Assembly: GCA_048270425.1 (NCBI GenBank)
Contig: JBLWSY010000007.1
Span: 63,442 to 127,441, forward strand
Reading direction: 5' to 3'
DNA from: Oceanospirillum sp.
GTDB lineage: Bacteria; Pseudomonadota; Gammaproteobacteria; Pseudomonadales; Halomonadaceae
Length of the DNA stretch: 64,000 nucleotides
Positions within the stretch are counted from its first letter, which is position 1. The number at the start of each line of letters is the position of its first letter. The notes beneath the pieces were generated by a model. That model searched no databases. It was given only the letters and a program-made list of their open reading frames with translations, and was not told the DNA's origin. The position numbers and the translations under genes were made by a program. Shown here one piece after another: positions 33,882-44,265 of this stretch.

Positions 33882-36800
33882 ATGTATCAAGCCAGTGAAG
33901 GTCATAAACAGTTCCTCGGTCTTCTGGAAGACCAGCTTGCACAAAAGTTTTCTGAAAAGCAGGCAAAAGATATCTCTACTTTTGCCTGCCTGTATTACGC
34001 CTCTGCTTCTTTGGAAGAGCTGGCTGAACGTCGTTCAGACGATCTGTATGGAGCGACCGTTTCTGCGTGGAACTTCGTACAGAAACACGACAATAAAGAG
34101 CCTAAGATCCGTGTTTACAATCCGGATTTTGAGCAGCATGGCTGGCAGTCAACCCACACGGTTATTGAGGTGCTGCAGCGTGACATGGCTTTCCTGGTTG
34201 ATTCTGTTCGTATTGAACTGAACCGTCGTGGCTTAACGGTTCACTCGATTCATAACGCAGTACTGAATTTCCTGCGTGATGACAAGGGACAGATGCTGGA
34301 ACTGAAAGGCCGCAGTGAAGGCTTTGGCGAAGGTAAGGGCAGTGCAGAGTCGCTTATCTATATTGAGGTGGACCGTCATACCGATCAGGCAGAACTGGAT
34401 GAACTGAGTGCCAGTCTGAATGAGGTGCTGGCTGAAGTTTCTACTGCGGTTGAAGACTTTGACCACATGGAGCAGAAGTGCTTTGAGCTGGTTGATGCTC
34501 TGGCTGCTAGTCGTCCGGCTCATCTGGCTGAAGAGGATGTCAACGAAGCGGTTGATTTCCTGAAGTGGCTGAACGATGAACACTTCACCTTCCTGGGTTA
34601 TGACGAATACGAAGTTGCTGACGAAGATGGCAAGAAGGTTCTGAAGCTGGTTCCGGGTTCTGAACTGGGTGTATTGAAGCTGGATGACCCTCGCTACAAC
34701 CCTCAGGACCGTAATGAGCTGGCGCTGGATGGCCGTCAGTTTGTATTGATTCCTGAACTGCTGACCTTTGCCAAAGCGCCTGAGCACGCTCGTGTTCACC
34801 GTCCGGCGTATCCGGATTACATCCGTATTAAGCGTTTTGATGACAAAGGTAACATGATCGGCGAAAGCCGTTTCCTGGGTCTATACACTGCTGCGGTTTA
34901 TAATGAAACCCCGCGCAATGTTCCGATTCTGCGTAAGAAAATTCAGGCGGTTCTGAATGCTTCCGGTCTGGATCCGAAAGGCCATAACGGTAAGCAGTTG
35001 ATTCAGATTCTGGAAGTGTATCCGCGCGATGACCTGTTCCAGATCGGTCTGCATGAGCTGACTGAAACCGCTGTTGCGATCATGAATATCCGCGAGCGCC
35101 GTAAAGTACGCCTGTTTATCCGTGAAGACCGCTTCGGTAAGCTGTTCTCCTGTCTGGTTTACGTACCTCGTGACATCTTCAGCACCGAACTGCGTCACAA
35201 GCTGCGTGACCTGTTGTGTGAAGAGCTGGATGCCCACGGTAACGAATTCCACACTTACTTCTCCGAGTCTGTGCTGGCGCGCTCTCAACTGATTCTGCGT
35301 TTCAATGGTGATACTCCGCCTAAGTACGATATCCGCGCGATTGAGAAGAAAGTCATTCAGGTGGTTCGTTCCTGGAGCGATGATCTGTCTGATGCTCTGG
35401 TTGAAGGCTATGGCGAAGAGAGAGCCAACCAGTATCTGCGTCTGTATCGTGATGCTTTCCCGGCGAGCTATCGTGAGAATTACAGCCCACGTACGGCTGT
35501 ATTTGATATCGGTTACATCGATGAGCTGAGCGAGCATCATTCGGTCACCATGTCCTTCTATCGTCAGCTGGAAGCGGAAAATAACCATCTGCAGTTCAAG
35601 CTGTTCCACAAGAACGAACAGCTGCCACTGTCTGATGTGATTCCGGTTCTGGAAAATCTGGGCATGCGCGTTGTGGGTGAGCACCCCTACGAGATTACCC
35701 GTAGCGATGGCGAAGTGATCTGGGTCCACGATTTTGCTCTGGAGCCATCATCCGGTCAGTTGGACGCTCCTCTGGTTGAGGTTCGTGATGTTTTCCAGGA
35801 AGCGTTCGAACAGATCTGGAACGGCTCTGCTGAGAACGACAGCTTTAACCGTCTGGTACTGACATCTCGTCTTAACTGGCGTCAGGTAACGGTTCTGCGG
35901 GCTTATGCGAAGTACATGAAACAGATCCGTTTCAGCTTCGATCAGGGCTATATTGCCACGACTCTGGGCAATCATGCCGGCATTACCAGTATGCTGCTTG
36001 AACTGTTCACACTGCGCTTCGATCCGACGACAAACTTCACCGATGCCGCGCAGGAAGCGCTGGTTAACCGTATCAAAGAAGCTCTGGATCAGGTTCAGTC
36101 TCTGACTGAAGATATGATTCTGCGTCGTTACCTGCAGCTGATGCTGGCAACGTTGCGTACTAACTTCTACCAGCTGGACAACGAAGGCGGTATTAAGTCT
36201 TACGTCTCCTTCAAGCTGGATACCAAACAGATTCCGGATGTGCCGCTGCCGCGTCCTATGTTCGAGATCTTCGTTTACTCTCCGCGTGTGGAAGGTGTCC
36301 ACCTGCGTGGTGGTAAAGTGGCCCGTGGTGGTCTGCGTTGGTCGGATCGTCACGAAGACTTCCGTACCGAAGTTCTGGGTCTGGTTAAAGCTCAGCAGGT
36401 TAAGAACTCTGTGATCGTGCCTGTGGGTGCGAAAGGTGGTTTTGTCAGCAAGTGCCCTCCGGCCAGTGGTGACCGTGACGATATCCTGCAGGAAGGTATC
36501 GCTTGCTATAAAACCTTTATCAACGCCCTGTTGGATGTGACCGATAACCTGGTTGAAGGTGAAGTGGTTCCACCTAAACAAGTTGTGCGTCACGATGAAG
36601 ATGATCCGTACCTGGTTGTTGCGGCGGATAAAGGTACTGCGACCTTCTCCGATATCGCTAACAGCATCTCTCTGGAGCACGGCTTCTGGTTGAAAGACGC
36701 GTTCGCATCCGGTGGTGCTAACGGTTACGACCATAAGAAAATGGGTATTACTGCCCGTGGTGCCTGGGTTTCCGTGCAGCGTCACTTCCGTGAATTCGGC

Positions 36801-38732
36801 CATGACGTGCAGAACGAAGATTTCACCGTTGTGGGTATCGGTGATATGAGCGGTGACGTATTCGGTAACGGTATGCTGCTGTCTGAGCACATTCAGCTGG
36901 TTTGTGCCTTTAACCATCTGCATATCTTCGTAGACCCGAATCCGGATGCCCTGAGCAGCTTCCGTGAGCGTCAGCGACTGTTTGATCTGCCACGCTCCAG
37001 CTGGGCAGACTACAACGCGAAACTGATCTCTGAAGGCGGTGGCATCTTCTCCCGTTCGGCCAAATCCATTGTGATCACGCCTCAGATGAAAGCGCGTTTC
37101 GATATTCAGGAAGATCACCTGTCGCCAAATGATCTGATCTCAGCGGTTCTGAAAGCACCGGTTGATCTGGTCTGGAACGGTGGTATCGGTACCTACGTTA
37201 AAGCGACCAGCGAAACCCATGCAGATGCGGGTGATAAGGCGAACGATGGCCTGCGTATTAACGGTAACCAGATGCGTGCCCGTGTACTGGGTGAGGGCGG
37301 TAACCTGGGTGTGACTCAGCGTGCTCGTATCGAATACGGTCTGCATGGTGGTGCATCCAACACGGACTTTATCGATAACGCGGGTGGTGTGGACTGTTCT
37401 GACCACGAGGTAAATATCAAGATTCTGCTGGCCGAACTGGTTGAGCAGGGCGATATGACCGAAAAGCAGCGTAACCAGCTGCTGGAAGCGATGACCGAAG
37501 AAGTTGGTGAGTTGGTTCTGAAGAACAACTACAGCCAGTCTCAGGCGCTTAGCCTGGCTAAGATTATGGCGAAAGAAGGTATCGGCCAGTTCCGTCGCTT
37601 TATCAACGCACTGGAAAGTGAAGGCAAGCTGAACCGTGAGCTGGAATTTATCCCAGGTGATGATGAGCTGTTGGAGCGTTTCAATCAGGGTGAAGGTCTG
37701 ACCCGGGCTGAACTGTCGGTTCTGATCTCTTACGCGAAATCTGATCTGAAACAGGCGCTGCTGGCGACTGAAGTACCGGATGACAGCTTTATCGAGCGTG
37801 AAGTAGAGCGCGCCTTCCCGGGTGTTCTGGTTGAGAAGTACAAGCCTGCGATGTACAACCACCGCCTGAAGCGTGAGATTGTATCCACTCAGCTGGCTAA
37901 CGATCTGGTAGATCACGGTGGTATCGCCTTTATTCACCGTCTGATCGACTCTTCCGGTGCGGAAGCGGCTGAGATTGCGCGTGCTTACGTGGTAACCCGT
38001 GAGGTGTTTGGTATTCACAACCTGTGGAGCCAGATTGAGCAGCTGGATAACCGCGTCGACAGCTCAGTTCAGTACGACATGATGCTGGAACTGATGCGTC
38101 TGATCCGCCGTGCGACCCGTTGGTTCCTGCGTCCGCATCTGGCGAACCTGCCGGTTCGTGATGTGATCGAACTGTACGAGCCGAAAGTACGTATGCTGAG
38201 CGAAGGTATCGGTGAACGTCTGCGTGGTGCGCAGCTGGAAAGCTGGAACAAGCGTCGTGATGATCTGATCGCTAAAGGTGTTCCTGAAGCACTGGCGGAT
38301 CAGGTAGCGGCAACTTCCGGTCTGTACTCACTGCTGGGTATTGTTGAAGCAGAGCGCGCAACCGGTGAGAAACTGCAGCGTGTTGCTGAGGTTTACTTCG
38401 AACTGGGTCATCAGCTGGATCTGCAGTGGATCAGCCAGAAGATCACTCAGCTGCACGTTCACGACAGCTGGGAAGCTCTGGCTCGTGAAACCTTCCGTGA
38501 CGATCTGGATTGGCAGAGCCGCGCTCTGGCGATCAGCGTGATCCAGATGGAAGATGGTGCACTTGAAGTTGAAGGTCGTGTGACTCAGTGGATGAAACGC
38601 CACCAGCATCAGGTTAACCGTTGGCAGGCGATTCTGCGTGAGATCGAAACCGGCAATAAAGTCGATTTCCCGATCTACTCGGTAGCGATGCGTGAACTGT
38701 TTGACTTGGCACAAATGCAAATGGAGGCATAA
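33882..38732 (+). CDS. gdhB: NAD-specific glutamate dehydrogenase, large (about 180 kDa) GdhB type
   Basis: It is a 1616-aa ORF with the characteristic core RGG(L)RWSDR..VLGLVKAQQVKN..IVPVGAKGGF and GDMSGDVFGNGML. Confidence 0.95.
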   Translation: MYQASEGHKQFLGLLEDQLAQKFSEKQAKDISTFACLYYASASLEELAERRSDDLYGATVSAWNFVQKHDNKEPKIRVYNPDFEQHGWQSTHTVIEVLQRDMAFLVDSVRIELNRRGLTVHSIHNAVLNFLRDDKGQMLELKGRSEGFGEGKGSAESLIYIEVDRHTDQAELDELSASLNEVLAEVSTAVEDFDHMEQKCFELVDALAASRPAHLAEEDVNEAVDFLKWLNDEHFTFLGYDEYEVADEDGKKVLKLVPGSELGVLKLDDPRYNPQDRNELALDGRQFVLIPELLTFAKAPEHARVHRPAYPDYIRIKRFDDKGNMIGESRFLGLYTAAVYNETPRNVPILRKKIQAVLNASGLDPKGHNGKQLIQILEVYPRDDLFQIGLHELTETAVAIMNIRERRKVRLFIREDRFGKLFSCLVYVPRDIFSTELRHKLRDLLCEELDAHGNEFHTYFSESVLARSQLILRFNGDTPPKYDIRAIEKKVIQVVRSWSDDLSDALVEGYGEERANQYLRLYRDAFPASYRENYSPRTAVFDIGYIDELSEHHSVTMSFYRQLEAENNHLQFKLFHKNEQLPLSDVIPVLENLGMRVVGEHPYEITRSDGEVIWVHDFALEPSSGQLDAPLVEVRDVFQEAFEQIWNGSAENDSFNRLVLTSRLNWRQVTVLRAYAKYMKQIRFSFDQGYIATTLGNHAGITSMLLELFTLRFDPTTNFTDAAQEALVNRIKEALDQVQSLTEDMILRRYLQLMLATLRTNFYQLDNEGGIKSYVSFKLDTKQIPDVPLPRPMFEIFVYSPRVEGVHLRGGKVARGGLRWSDRHEDFRTEVLGLVKAQQVKNSVIVPVGAKGGFVSKCPPASGDRDDILQEGIACYKTFINALLDVTDNLVEGEVVPPKQVVRHDEDDPYLVVAADKGTATFSDIANSISLEHGFWLKDAFASGGANGYDHKKMGITARGAWVSVQRHFREFGHDVQNEDFTVVGIGDMSGDVFGNGMLLSEHIQLVCAFNHLHIFVDPNPDALSSFRERQRLFDLPRSSWADYNAKLISEGGGIFSRSAKSIVITPQMKARFDIQEDHLSPNDLISAVLKAPVDLVWNGGIGTYVKATSETHADAGDKANDGLRINGNQMRARVLGEGGNLGVTQRARIEYGLHGGASNTDFIDNAGGVDCSDHEVNIKILLAELVEQGDMTEKQRNQLLEAMTEEVGELVLKNNYSQSQALSLAKIMAKEGIGQFRRFINALESEGKLNRELEFIPGDDELLERFNQGEGLTRAELSVLISYAKSDLKQALLATEVPDDSFIEREVERAFPGVLVEKYKPAMYNHRLKREIVSTQLANDLVDHGGIAFIHRLIDSSGAEAAEIARAYVVTREVFGIHNLWSQIEQLDNRVDSSVQYDMMLELMRLIRRATRWFLRPHLANLPVRDVIELYEPKVRMLSEGIGERLRGAQLESWNKRRDDLIAKGVPEALADQVAATSGLYSLLGIVEAERATGEKLQRVAEVYFELGHQLDLQWISQKITQLHVHDSWEALARETFRDDLDWQSRALAISVIQMEDGALEVEGRVTQWMKRHQHQVNRWQAILREIETGNKVDFPIYSVAMRELFDLAQMQMEA

Positions 38733-38741
38733 TATGCCTCT

Positions 38742-38963
38742 ATGCAAGAAGTCATCATTTCACTCAGCTTAAGTGCTGAAAAATATCTGGAGTATTACCG
38801 CGGTTACGCTTCTGGCGTAATCGCCTACGATACCCTTGGCAGGCGGGTGCAGTTACCCGCCTCCGTGTTGCGCCAGTTTGTTACCCATCAGGGGATACAT
38901 GGCGTATTCAGGGTGAAGTTCGGAGCCGGTAATAAATTCCAGAGCATAGAAAGGGTAGCCTGA
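38742..38963 (+). CDS. DUF2835-like small protein (73 aa)
   Basis: YLEYYRG....V.......G.RVQLPA..LR.FVTH.GI.G.F resembles DUF2835 from memory. Confidence 0.5.
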   Translation: MQEVIISLSLSAEKYLEYYRGYASGVIAYDTLGRRVQLPASVLRQFVTHQGIHGVFRVKFGAGNKFQSIERVA

Positions 38964-39035
38964 AAGGGCTGCCCTTTTTGCGTTTATGAGTATAATTTTG
39001 TTAGTTATTTGGCTTTTGAATACAAGGAGCAGTGG

Positions 39036-39995
39036 GTGGCTAAAGCGGTTAATTTGACGGATGAGCAGAGAAAAAAGTTGGCCAGATGGGAGCCAATGCT
39101 GAAGTCTTGTTTGAAGTCGGGAGATTTAGAAAAGGCAAAGCAAATTACACAGAATATCCAGCAGCTATTACGACCAACAGGGCATGAGACAAGGATATTA
39201 CAGGCTAAGAACTGGCTTTTTGAAACGGCTATGGAGGCGGGCAGATTAACATATGCGAAGTCTGGTTTTGAAGGTGTTATTCAAAAGAGTAGCCCAGCTA
39301 CAAGGCTTAACTTAGAAGCTACATCTTTATTGGCCATCTGTTACCTAAGGGAAGGAAATATTGGTAAATCCCACGAGTTAATAAGTAAGGCTGTCCGCAA
39401 AATAAGTAATATCAAGTCTAGGGATCGTAGAGAGCAGTTTCATAAACGGCTTATTGAGCGACTGGAAGATGAAAGCATAATTGCTGGCTTGATTAAAAAA
39501 GATGGTGAGCAATTAAACCGAGATGAAGTTGATGCCTATGCAGTAAAATTGGTTATGACAAATTCCGAAGATCAAATTTTCTATGAAATGGGTAGGGCTG
39601 TCCCTCAAGCTGCTTTGGATTTGCTGACGAACACAAGAGAGGCATATAAGCTGCAATTGCCTGCGCCTGACAAAAAAATGCTTCCGCCCCCAGTTTCAAC
39701 GGACAATAAAAAGGCTTTGGGAAAAAGAGCAAGTTCGGCATTGAAAAGAGTTGCTTGGAGAGCAATATGTAGCCCTGAAAGTGAGATTTATAAGGCATGG
39801 AGTCAAGGTTTATCTGTCGTATATGACAAAAAGTATATTGCAGGTGCCATTGTTGCGGCCTTTAATTCATTTAATATCTCAACGGTAATGATTGCAGCCA
39901 GTGCTGCTGCTTTAGCAATAAAGTTCGGTGCAGAGGTTTTTTGTGAAACCTTTGAGCCAAATTCAATGATGATTGATAAAAGCGACAAGGGATGA
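39036..39995 (+). CDS. Hypothetical protein (about 319 aa) in a low-GC insertion; TPR-like N-terminus and hydrophobic C-terminus
   Basis: An AAGGAG SD lies 6 nt before the GTG at 39036. Local GC is about 38%, against about 53% in flanking gdhB by my hand counts of 60-nt samples. I recognise no family. Confidence 0.6.
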   Translation: MAKAVNLTDEQRKKLARWEPMLKSCLKSGDLEKAKQITQNIQQLLRPTGHETRILQAKNWLFETAMEAGRLTYAKSGFEGVIQKSSPATRLNLEATSLLAICYLREGNIGKSHELISKAVRKISNIKSRDRREQFHKRLIERLEDESIIAGLIKKDGEQLNRDEVDAYAVKLVMTNSEDQIFYEMGRAVPQAALDLLTNTREAYKLQLPAPDKKMLPPPVSTDNKKALGKRASSALKRVAWRAICSPESEIYKAWSQGLSVVYDKKYIAGAIVAAFNSFNISTVMIAASAAALAIKFGAEVFCETFEPNSMMIDKSDKG

Positions 39996-40146
39996 TGTTG
40001 CGAGTATTCAAATATCCCCCTTGAAATATGGTTGCAGGTATCAATCATGCCTAATCCCCTTTGCCGTTAATGCTTTTAGTGTGCTGTCAGCGTATAATTC
40101 GGCCGTTTTTCATCCGCTTTGATGCATCGCTTTCGGGAGTCCTGTC

Positions 40147-41178
40147 ATGTACGGTTTAGCGCGCAATATTCTGTTCCGTTTTTCTGGTGAAACGGCCCAT
40201 GAACTGGCTTTGGATGGCCTGAATGCCGCCAATCGTCTGGGCGTATTGTCCCCTTTTGTGGCTAAGCCGGTTCAGGCTCCGGTTGAAGTGATGGGTATTA
40301 CTTTTCCTAATGCGGTCGGCATGGCTGCAGGTCTGGATAAAAATGCGGATTATCTGGATGCACTGGGTGCGCTGGGTTTTGGTTTTGTCGAAGTGGGCAC
40401 GGTTACCCCTAAACCTCAGCCCGGTAACGACAAGCCACGTCTGTTCCGTATCCCGGAAAAAGACGCCATCATCAACCGTATGGGCTTCAACAACAAAGGT
40501 GTCCACCATCTTGTTGAGCAGGTTAAACAGCGTAAGTTTCAGGGTATTGTGGGTATCAATATCGGCAAGAACCTGACTACTTCTGTGGAAGATGCTGAAA
40601 AAGATTACCTGTACTGCCTGAAGGAAGTTTACCCGCATGCAGACTATGTGACGGTAAACATCTCTTCTCCTAACACGCCGGGGCTGCGTACCCTGCAGTT
40701 TGGTGAAACTCTGGAAGCCCTGCTACGCGCTCTGAAAGAAGAGCAGACCCGTCTGGCTGAGCAGCACCAGCGTTATGTGCCGATTGCGGTGAAGATTGCA
40801 CCGGATATGACTGATGAAGAGATCCGTCTGGTAGCGGACAACATCCGCAATCAGAAAATGGATGCGGTTATTGCCACCAATACTACGCTGGATCGTGATG
40901 CGGTTCTGGGGCTGGATAACGCTGATGAAGCGGGTGGCCTGAGCGGTAAGCCGGTGCGTGATAAGTCCACACATGTGATTAAAGTACTGGCTGAGACTCT
41001 GAAAGGTGAGCTGCCGATTATCGGTGTGGGCGGTATTGATAGTGCTGAAGCCGCCTGCGAGAAAATCGAAGCGGGTGCGAGTCTGGTTCAGGTTTATACC
41101 GGCTTTATCTATCAGGGACCTAAGCTTGTGAAAGAAGTGGCTGAAGCGGTTGCTGCGTTGCAGGCGTCCCGTAAGTAA
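40147..41178 (+). CDS. pyrD: Dihydroorotate dehydrogenase (quinone), class 2
   Basis: It has the motifs GLDKN, GFGFVEVGTVTP, NRMGFNN, NISSPNTPGLR and GVGGI. Confidence 0.95.
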   Translation: MYGLARNILFRFSGETAHELALDGLNAANRLGVLSPFVAKPVQAPVEVMGITFPNAVGMAAGLDKNADYLDALGALGFGFVEVGTVTPKPQPGNDKPRLFRIPEKDAIINRMGFNNKGVHHLVEQVKQRKFQGIVGINIGKNLTTSVEDAEKDYLYCLKEVYPHADYVTVNISSPNTPGLRTLQFGETLEALLRALKEEQTRLAEQHQRYVPIAVKIAPDMTDEEIRLVADNIRNQKMDAVIATNTTLDRDAVLGLDNADEAGGLSGKPVRDKSTHVIKVLAETLKGELPIIGVGGIDSAEAACEKIEAGASLVQVYTGFIYQGPKLVKEVAEAVAALQASRK

Positions 41179-41208
41179 GATTGTCAGGCTTTACTGGCAG
41201 ATATTAAA

Positions 41209-41240
41209 AAGGCTCGCATTTGCGAGCCTTAGAATTTTGA
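41209..41240. terminator. Bidirectional terminator between pyrD and rmf
   Basis: In AAAAAGGCTCGCA-tt-TGCGAGCCTT the minus strand gives CCTTTTTAA after the stem. Confidence 0.75.
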
Positions 41241-41288
41241 GTGGTGTGATCCTGATGAGCCCGTCGACTTATCAGCGATCAGAAACAG

Positions 41289-41498
41289 TTAAGACAGTAC
41301 GGTCGGGTTCTTGTGGATCCCGGAGACACCTGTCATACCCGCCCAGGAATCAGCGCGGCCTTCTCGCCATCCGCTCATCCAATATTGCCGGGTATCTATG
41401 TTGTTATTTGGGCAAAGATCACGGGATTTTCCGGATACGCCCGCTTGGTAACCACGTAAAAAAGCTCGTTGGGCAGGGTCTCTTTTTTGTCTTTTCAT
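41289..41498 (-). CDS. rmf: Ribosome modulation factor
   Basis: MKRQKRDPAQRAFLRGYQAGVSGKSRDLCP...WMSGWREG closely parallels E. coli Rmf. The ORF-track upstream extension is not used. Confidence 0.9.
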   Translation of the reverse strand: MKRQKRDPAQRAFLRGYQAGVSGKSRDLCPNNNIDTRQYWMSGWREGRADSWAGMTGVSGIHKNPTVLS

Positions 41499-41965
41499 AG
41501 TGAGTAACGCCTCGTAGCTATCTGTGGCATTTGCCGGGACACCGATGCTCTCTTTCGAGTTTTCGGCGGGCCGCAGTGATACGACCTTTGGCAAACGCTC
41601 CCTAAATGTAAAGTCCTGTGGCATGTGAGTGCCGTTTTTTCAGGTCTTGCTTCAGATTCCTTTGGAACCAGAAAAGACATCAGGTTTCTTTAACCTCCGG
41701 TCTGATGTTGTGGTACAGATTCTTGGAAAATGTTTCTGAAGAGTCCGTACTGTCAAAGACCTGTTTAGGGGTTTAGAGTTCACTTCTTTTTTTACGACAT
41801 ATTAGTCTTTAGACGTTTGCGCAAGATGTGCGACAACAGTTAAGTTGTAGTTGAATTGACATACTTTGTCGAACACCTTTTTTTCATAATCCTGCCGTCG
41901 CTTAGTCGGTGAAGGAATAACGAAACAAGCTAATGCGGTTAGTTTGTTGAATTGGCTGGGAAATA

Positions 41966-44149
41966 ATGGCGTTACTAGATCTTTTTTTAACCTGTCCGAA
42001 AAGCCTTGAAGGCCTGTTAGCACAGGAATGTGCCGAACTGGGTGCAGAGAATGTTAAGGAAAAAGTGGCTGGTGTCGAGTGTCGGGCAACGCTGGAAGTG
42101 GCTTATCGCCTCTGCTTATGGTCTCGTCTGGCAAACCGTGTGTTGCTTCGTCTGTACACAGGTCCCGCTGAAACTGCTGATGAGCTCTACGACACGGTTC
42201 AGTGGGTGAACTGGCAGGAACACATGCAGGAGTTGGGCACGCTGGCGGTGGATTTTTCCGGTACCAACCGAGAGATCCGCAATACCCATTTTGCGGCGCA
42301 ACGGGTTAAAGATGCCATTGTTGATCAGCTGAAAGAGAAAACCGGTTTCAGACACTCGGTAGATAAAGAGCGTCCGTCTATGCGGGTTAACGCGCGTCTG
42401 AACCGTGGTGAAGTGGTGCTGAGTCTGGATCTGTCCGGCAGTAGTCTGCACCAGCGCGGCTACCGTTTGGATGGTGCCATGGCACCCCTGAAAGAGAATC
42501 TGGCGGCAGCGATTCTGATTCGTTCCGGCTGGCCTGCGCTGGCAAAAGAGGGTAAACCTCTGATCGATCCGATGTGTGGTTCCGGCACCTTATTGATTGA
42601 GGGTGCGCTGATCGCGATGGATCAGGCGCCGGGTCTTAATCGTAGTCACTTTGGTTTCTTTACCTGGAAGCAGCATGATTTTGATCTCTGGCGCGAGGTT
42701 GAACATGAAGCGGAAGCTCGTGCCTCTTTGGGACGTAAACGCTGGAAAGGTCTGATCTATGGCTATGATGCCAGCGGTAAGGCCTTGGTAGCAGCACAGA
42801 AAAATATCCGTCGTGCCGGTCTGGATAAGATTGTAAATGTGACCAAAAAAGAGCTGGCTTATTTTGTTCAGCCGACCCATGCAGGCAATCTGGAAGCGGG
42901 GCTTGTGGCGACCAACCCGCCATATGGTGAGCGTATCAGTGATATGCCATCTCTGATCCACCTGTACCGTCATCTGGGGGATCGCCTGAAGGAATCTTTC
43001 CCGGGCTGGCAGGTATCTGTCTTTACCGGTAATGCGGATCTGTGCCACAAGATGGGGCTGCGCAGCCATAAGCAGTACAACATGTTTAACGGCGCGCTGC
43101 CGTGTAAGCTGCTGTTGTTTGCGGTAGCGGCTGACTCTGATCAGAAAGAGCGTCCGGCGAAGCCAACACAAAGCACCGAAGAGCTAATGCGGGATGAAAC
43201 CACCTGGAGTGAAGGCGGCCGCATGTTCGCCAACCGGGTGCGTAAGAACCTGAAAAATCTGAAGAAGTGGCTGAAGAAAGAGAAGGTCGAGTGCTACCGC
43301 GCATACGACTCCGATATTCCGGAATATGCCGTTGCTGTCGACGTGTACGGCGATCACTTGCATGTTCAGGAATACGCGCCACCTAAGACCATTGATCCGG
43401 CCAAAGCGGAACGTCGTCTGATGGATGTTTTACAGGTGCTGCCAGCGGTGTTTGATATCAGCCCGTCCAACATTCATCTGAAACAGCGTAAACGTCAGTC
43501 CGGTCGTGCCCAGTATGAAAAGCTGGATAAAAAGCGCGAGATGATGACGGTCACCGAAGGGCCGTGCAAACTGCTGGTCAATCTGGATGATTATCTGGAT
43601 ACCGGCCTGTTTCTGGATCACCGACCGATCCGATCTTATATCGGGGAGCAATCTAAAGATCTGCGTGTACTGAATCTCTTCTGCTACACCGCAACGGCTA
43701 CAGTGCATGCTGCTGTGGGTGGTGCTCGCAGTACGGTCAGTGTCGACCTGTCCAATACCTATCTGGATTGGGGTAAAAAGAACATGCGTCTGAACGGGTT
43801 TTACGGTGAAGAGCATGAGTTTATTCAGGCGGATTGTAAGCAGTGGCTGCAAGAGAATAGCCGCCTGTTTGATCTGATCTTTATGGACCCGCCAACCTTC
43901 TCTAACTCAAAACGTATGAAGGATGTGCTGGATATCCAGCGGGATCATGGTCGTATGATTCGTGATGCGATGCGGGTTCTGGCTCCGGGTGGTGCGCTGA
44001 TCTTCTCCAATAACCTGCGCAGCTTCAAAATGGATGAATCCATTCTGGAAGCGTTCGACGTGCAGGATATTTCCAAAGAGTCGGTACCGATGGACTTTGC
44101 CCGTAACCAGAAGATTCACCAATGTTATGAGATCCGCTATTTCGACTGA
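41966..44149 (+). CDS. rlmL: Bifunctional 23S rRNA methyltransferase RlmKL (m2G2445/m7G2069)
   Basis: It is 727 aa, with a THUMP-type N-terminus, DPMCGSGT, NPPYGER and a second C-terminal SAM-MTase domain (FMDPPTFSNS). Confidence 0.95.
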   Translation: MALLDLFLTCPKSLEGLLAQECAELGAENVKEKVAGVECRATLEVAYRLCLWSRLANRVLLRLYTGPAETADELYDTVQWVNWQEHMQELGTLAVDFSGTNREIRNTHFAAQRVKDAIVDQLKEKTGFRHSVDKERPSMRVNARLNRGEVVLSLDLSGSSLHQRGYRLDGAMAPLKENLAAAILIRSGWPALAKEGKPLIDPMCGSGTLLIEGALIAMDQAPGLNRSHFGFFTWKQHDFDLWREVEHEAEARASLGRKRWKGLIYGYDASGKALVAAQKNIRRAGLDKIVNVTKKELAYFVQPTHAGNLEAGLVATNPPYGERISDMPSLIHLYRHLGDRLKESFPGWQVSVFTGNADLCHKMGLRSHKQYNMFNGALPCKLLLFAVAADSDQKERPAKPTQSTEELMRDETTWSEGGRMFANRVRKNLKNLKKWLKKEKVECYRAYDSDIPEYAVAVDVYGDHLHVQEYAPPKTIDPAKAERRLMDVLQVLPAVFDISPSNIHLKQRKRQSGRAQYEKLDKKREMMTVTEGPCKLLVNLDDYLDTGLFLDHRPIRSYIGEQSKDLRVLNLFCYTATATVHAAVGGARSTVSVDLSNTYLDWGKKNMRLNGFYGEEHEFIQADCKQWLQENSRLFDLIFMDPPTFSNSKRMKDVLDIQRDHGRMIRDAMRVLAPGGALIFSNNLRSFKMDESILEAFDVQDISKESVPMDFARNQKIHQCYEIRYFD

Positions 44150-44172
44150 TCAGTGGTGAAATAAAGCGAGTA

Positions 44173-44200
44173 CAAACAGCCTGCTTCTGCAGGCTGTTTG
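44173..44200 (+). terminator. Rho-independent terminator
   Basis: The sequence is CAAACAGCCTGC-ttct-GCAGGCTGTTTG. Confidence 0.75.
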
Positions 44201-44265
44201 GCATCGGAATTGCGACTATCTTAACAACCATTGGATCTCAACAACCATTAGATTGAGGAAAAACG

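Noticed and set aside
34233-38747. A series of long antisense ORFs (188, 282, 456, 292 and 139 aa) tile the minus strand opposite gdhB.
   Set aside because: They exactly shadow a 1616-aa gene with an unmistakable NAD-GDH signature. Their products are low-complexity (rich in Q/R/H/T/V/F/N/L) with no recognisable motifs, SD sequences or independent terminators. Long stop-free antisense frames are a known by-product of codon bias in large GdhB genes. Only Ribo-seq or proteomics could overturn this.
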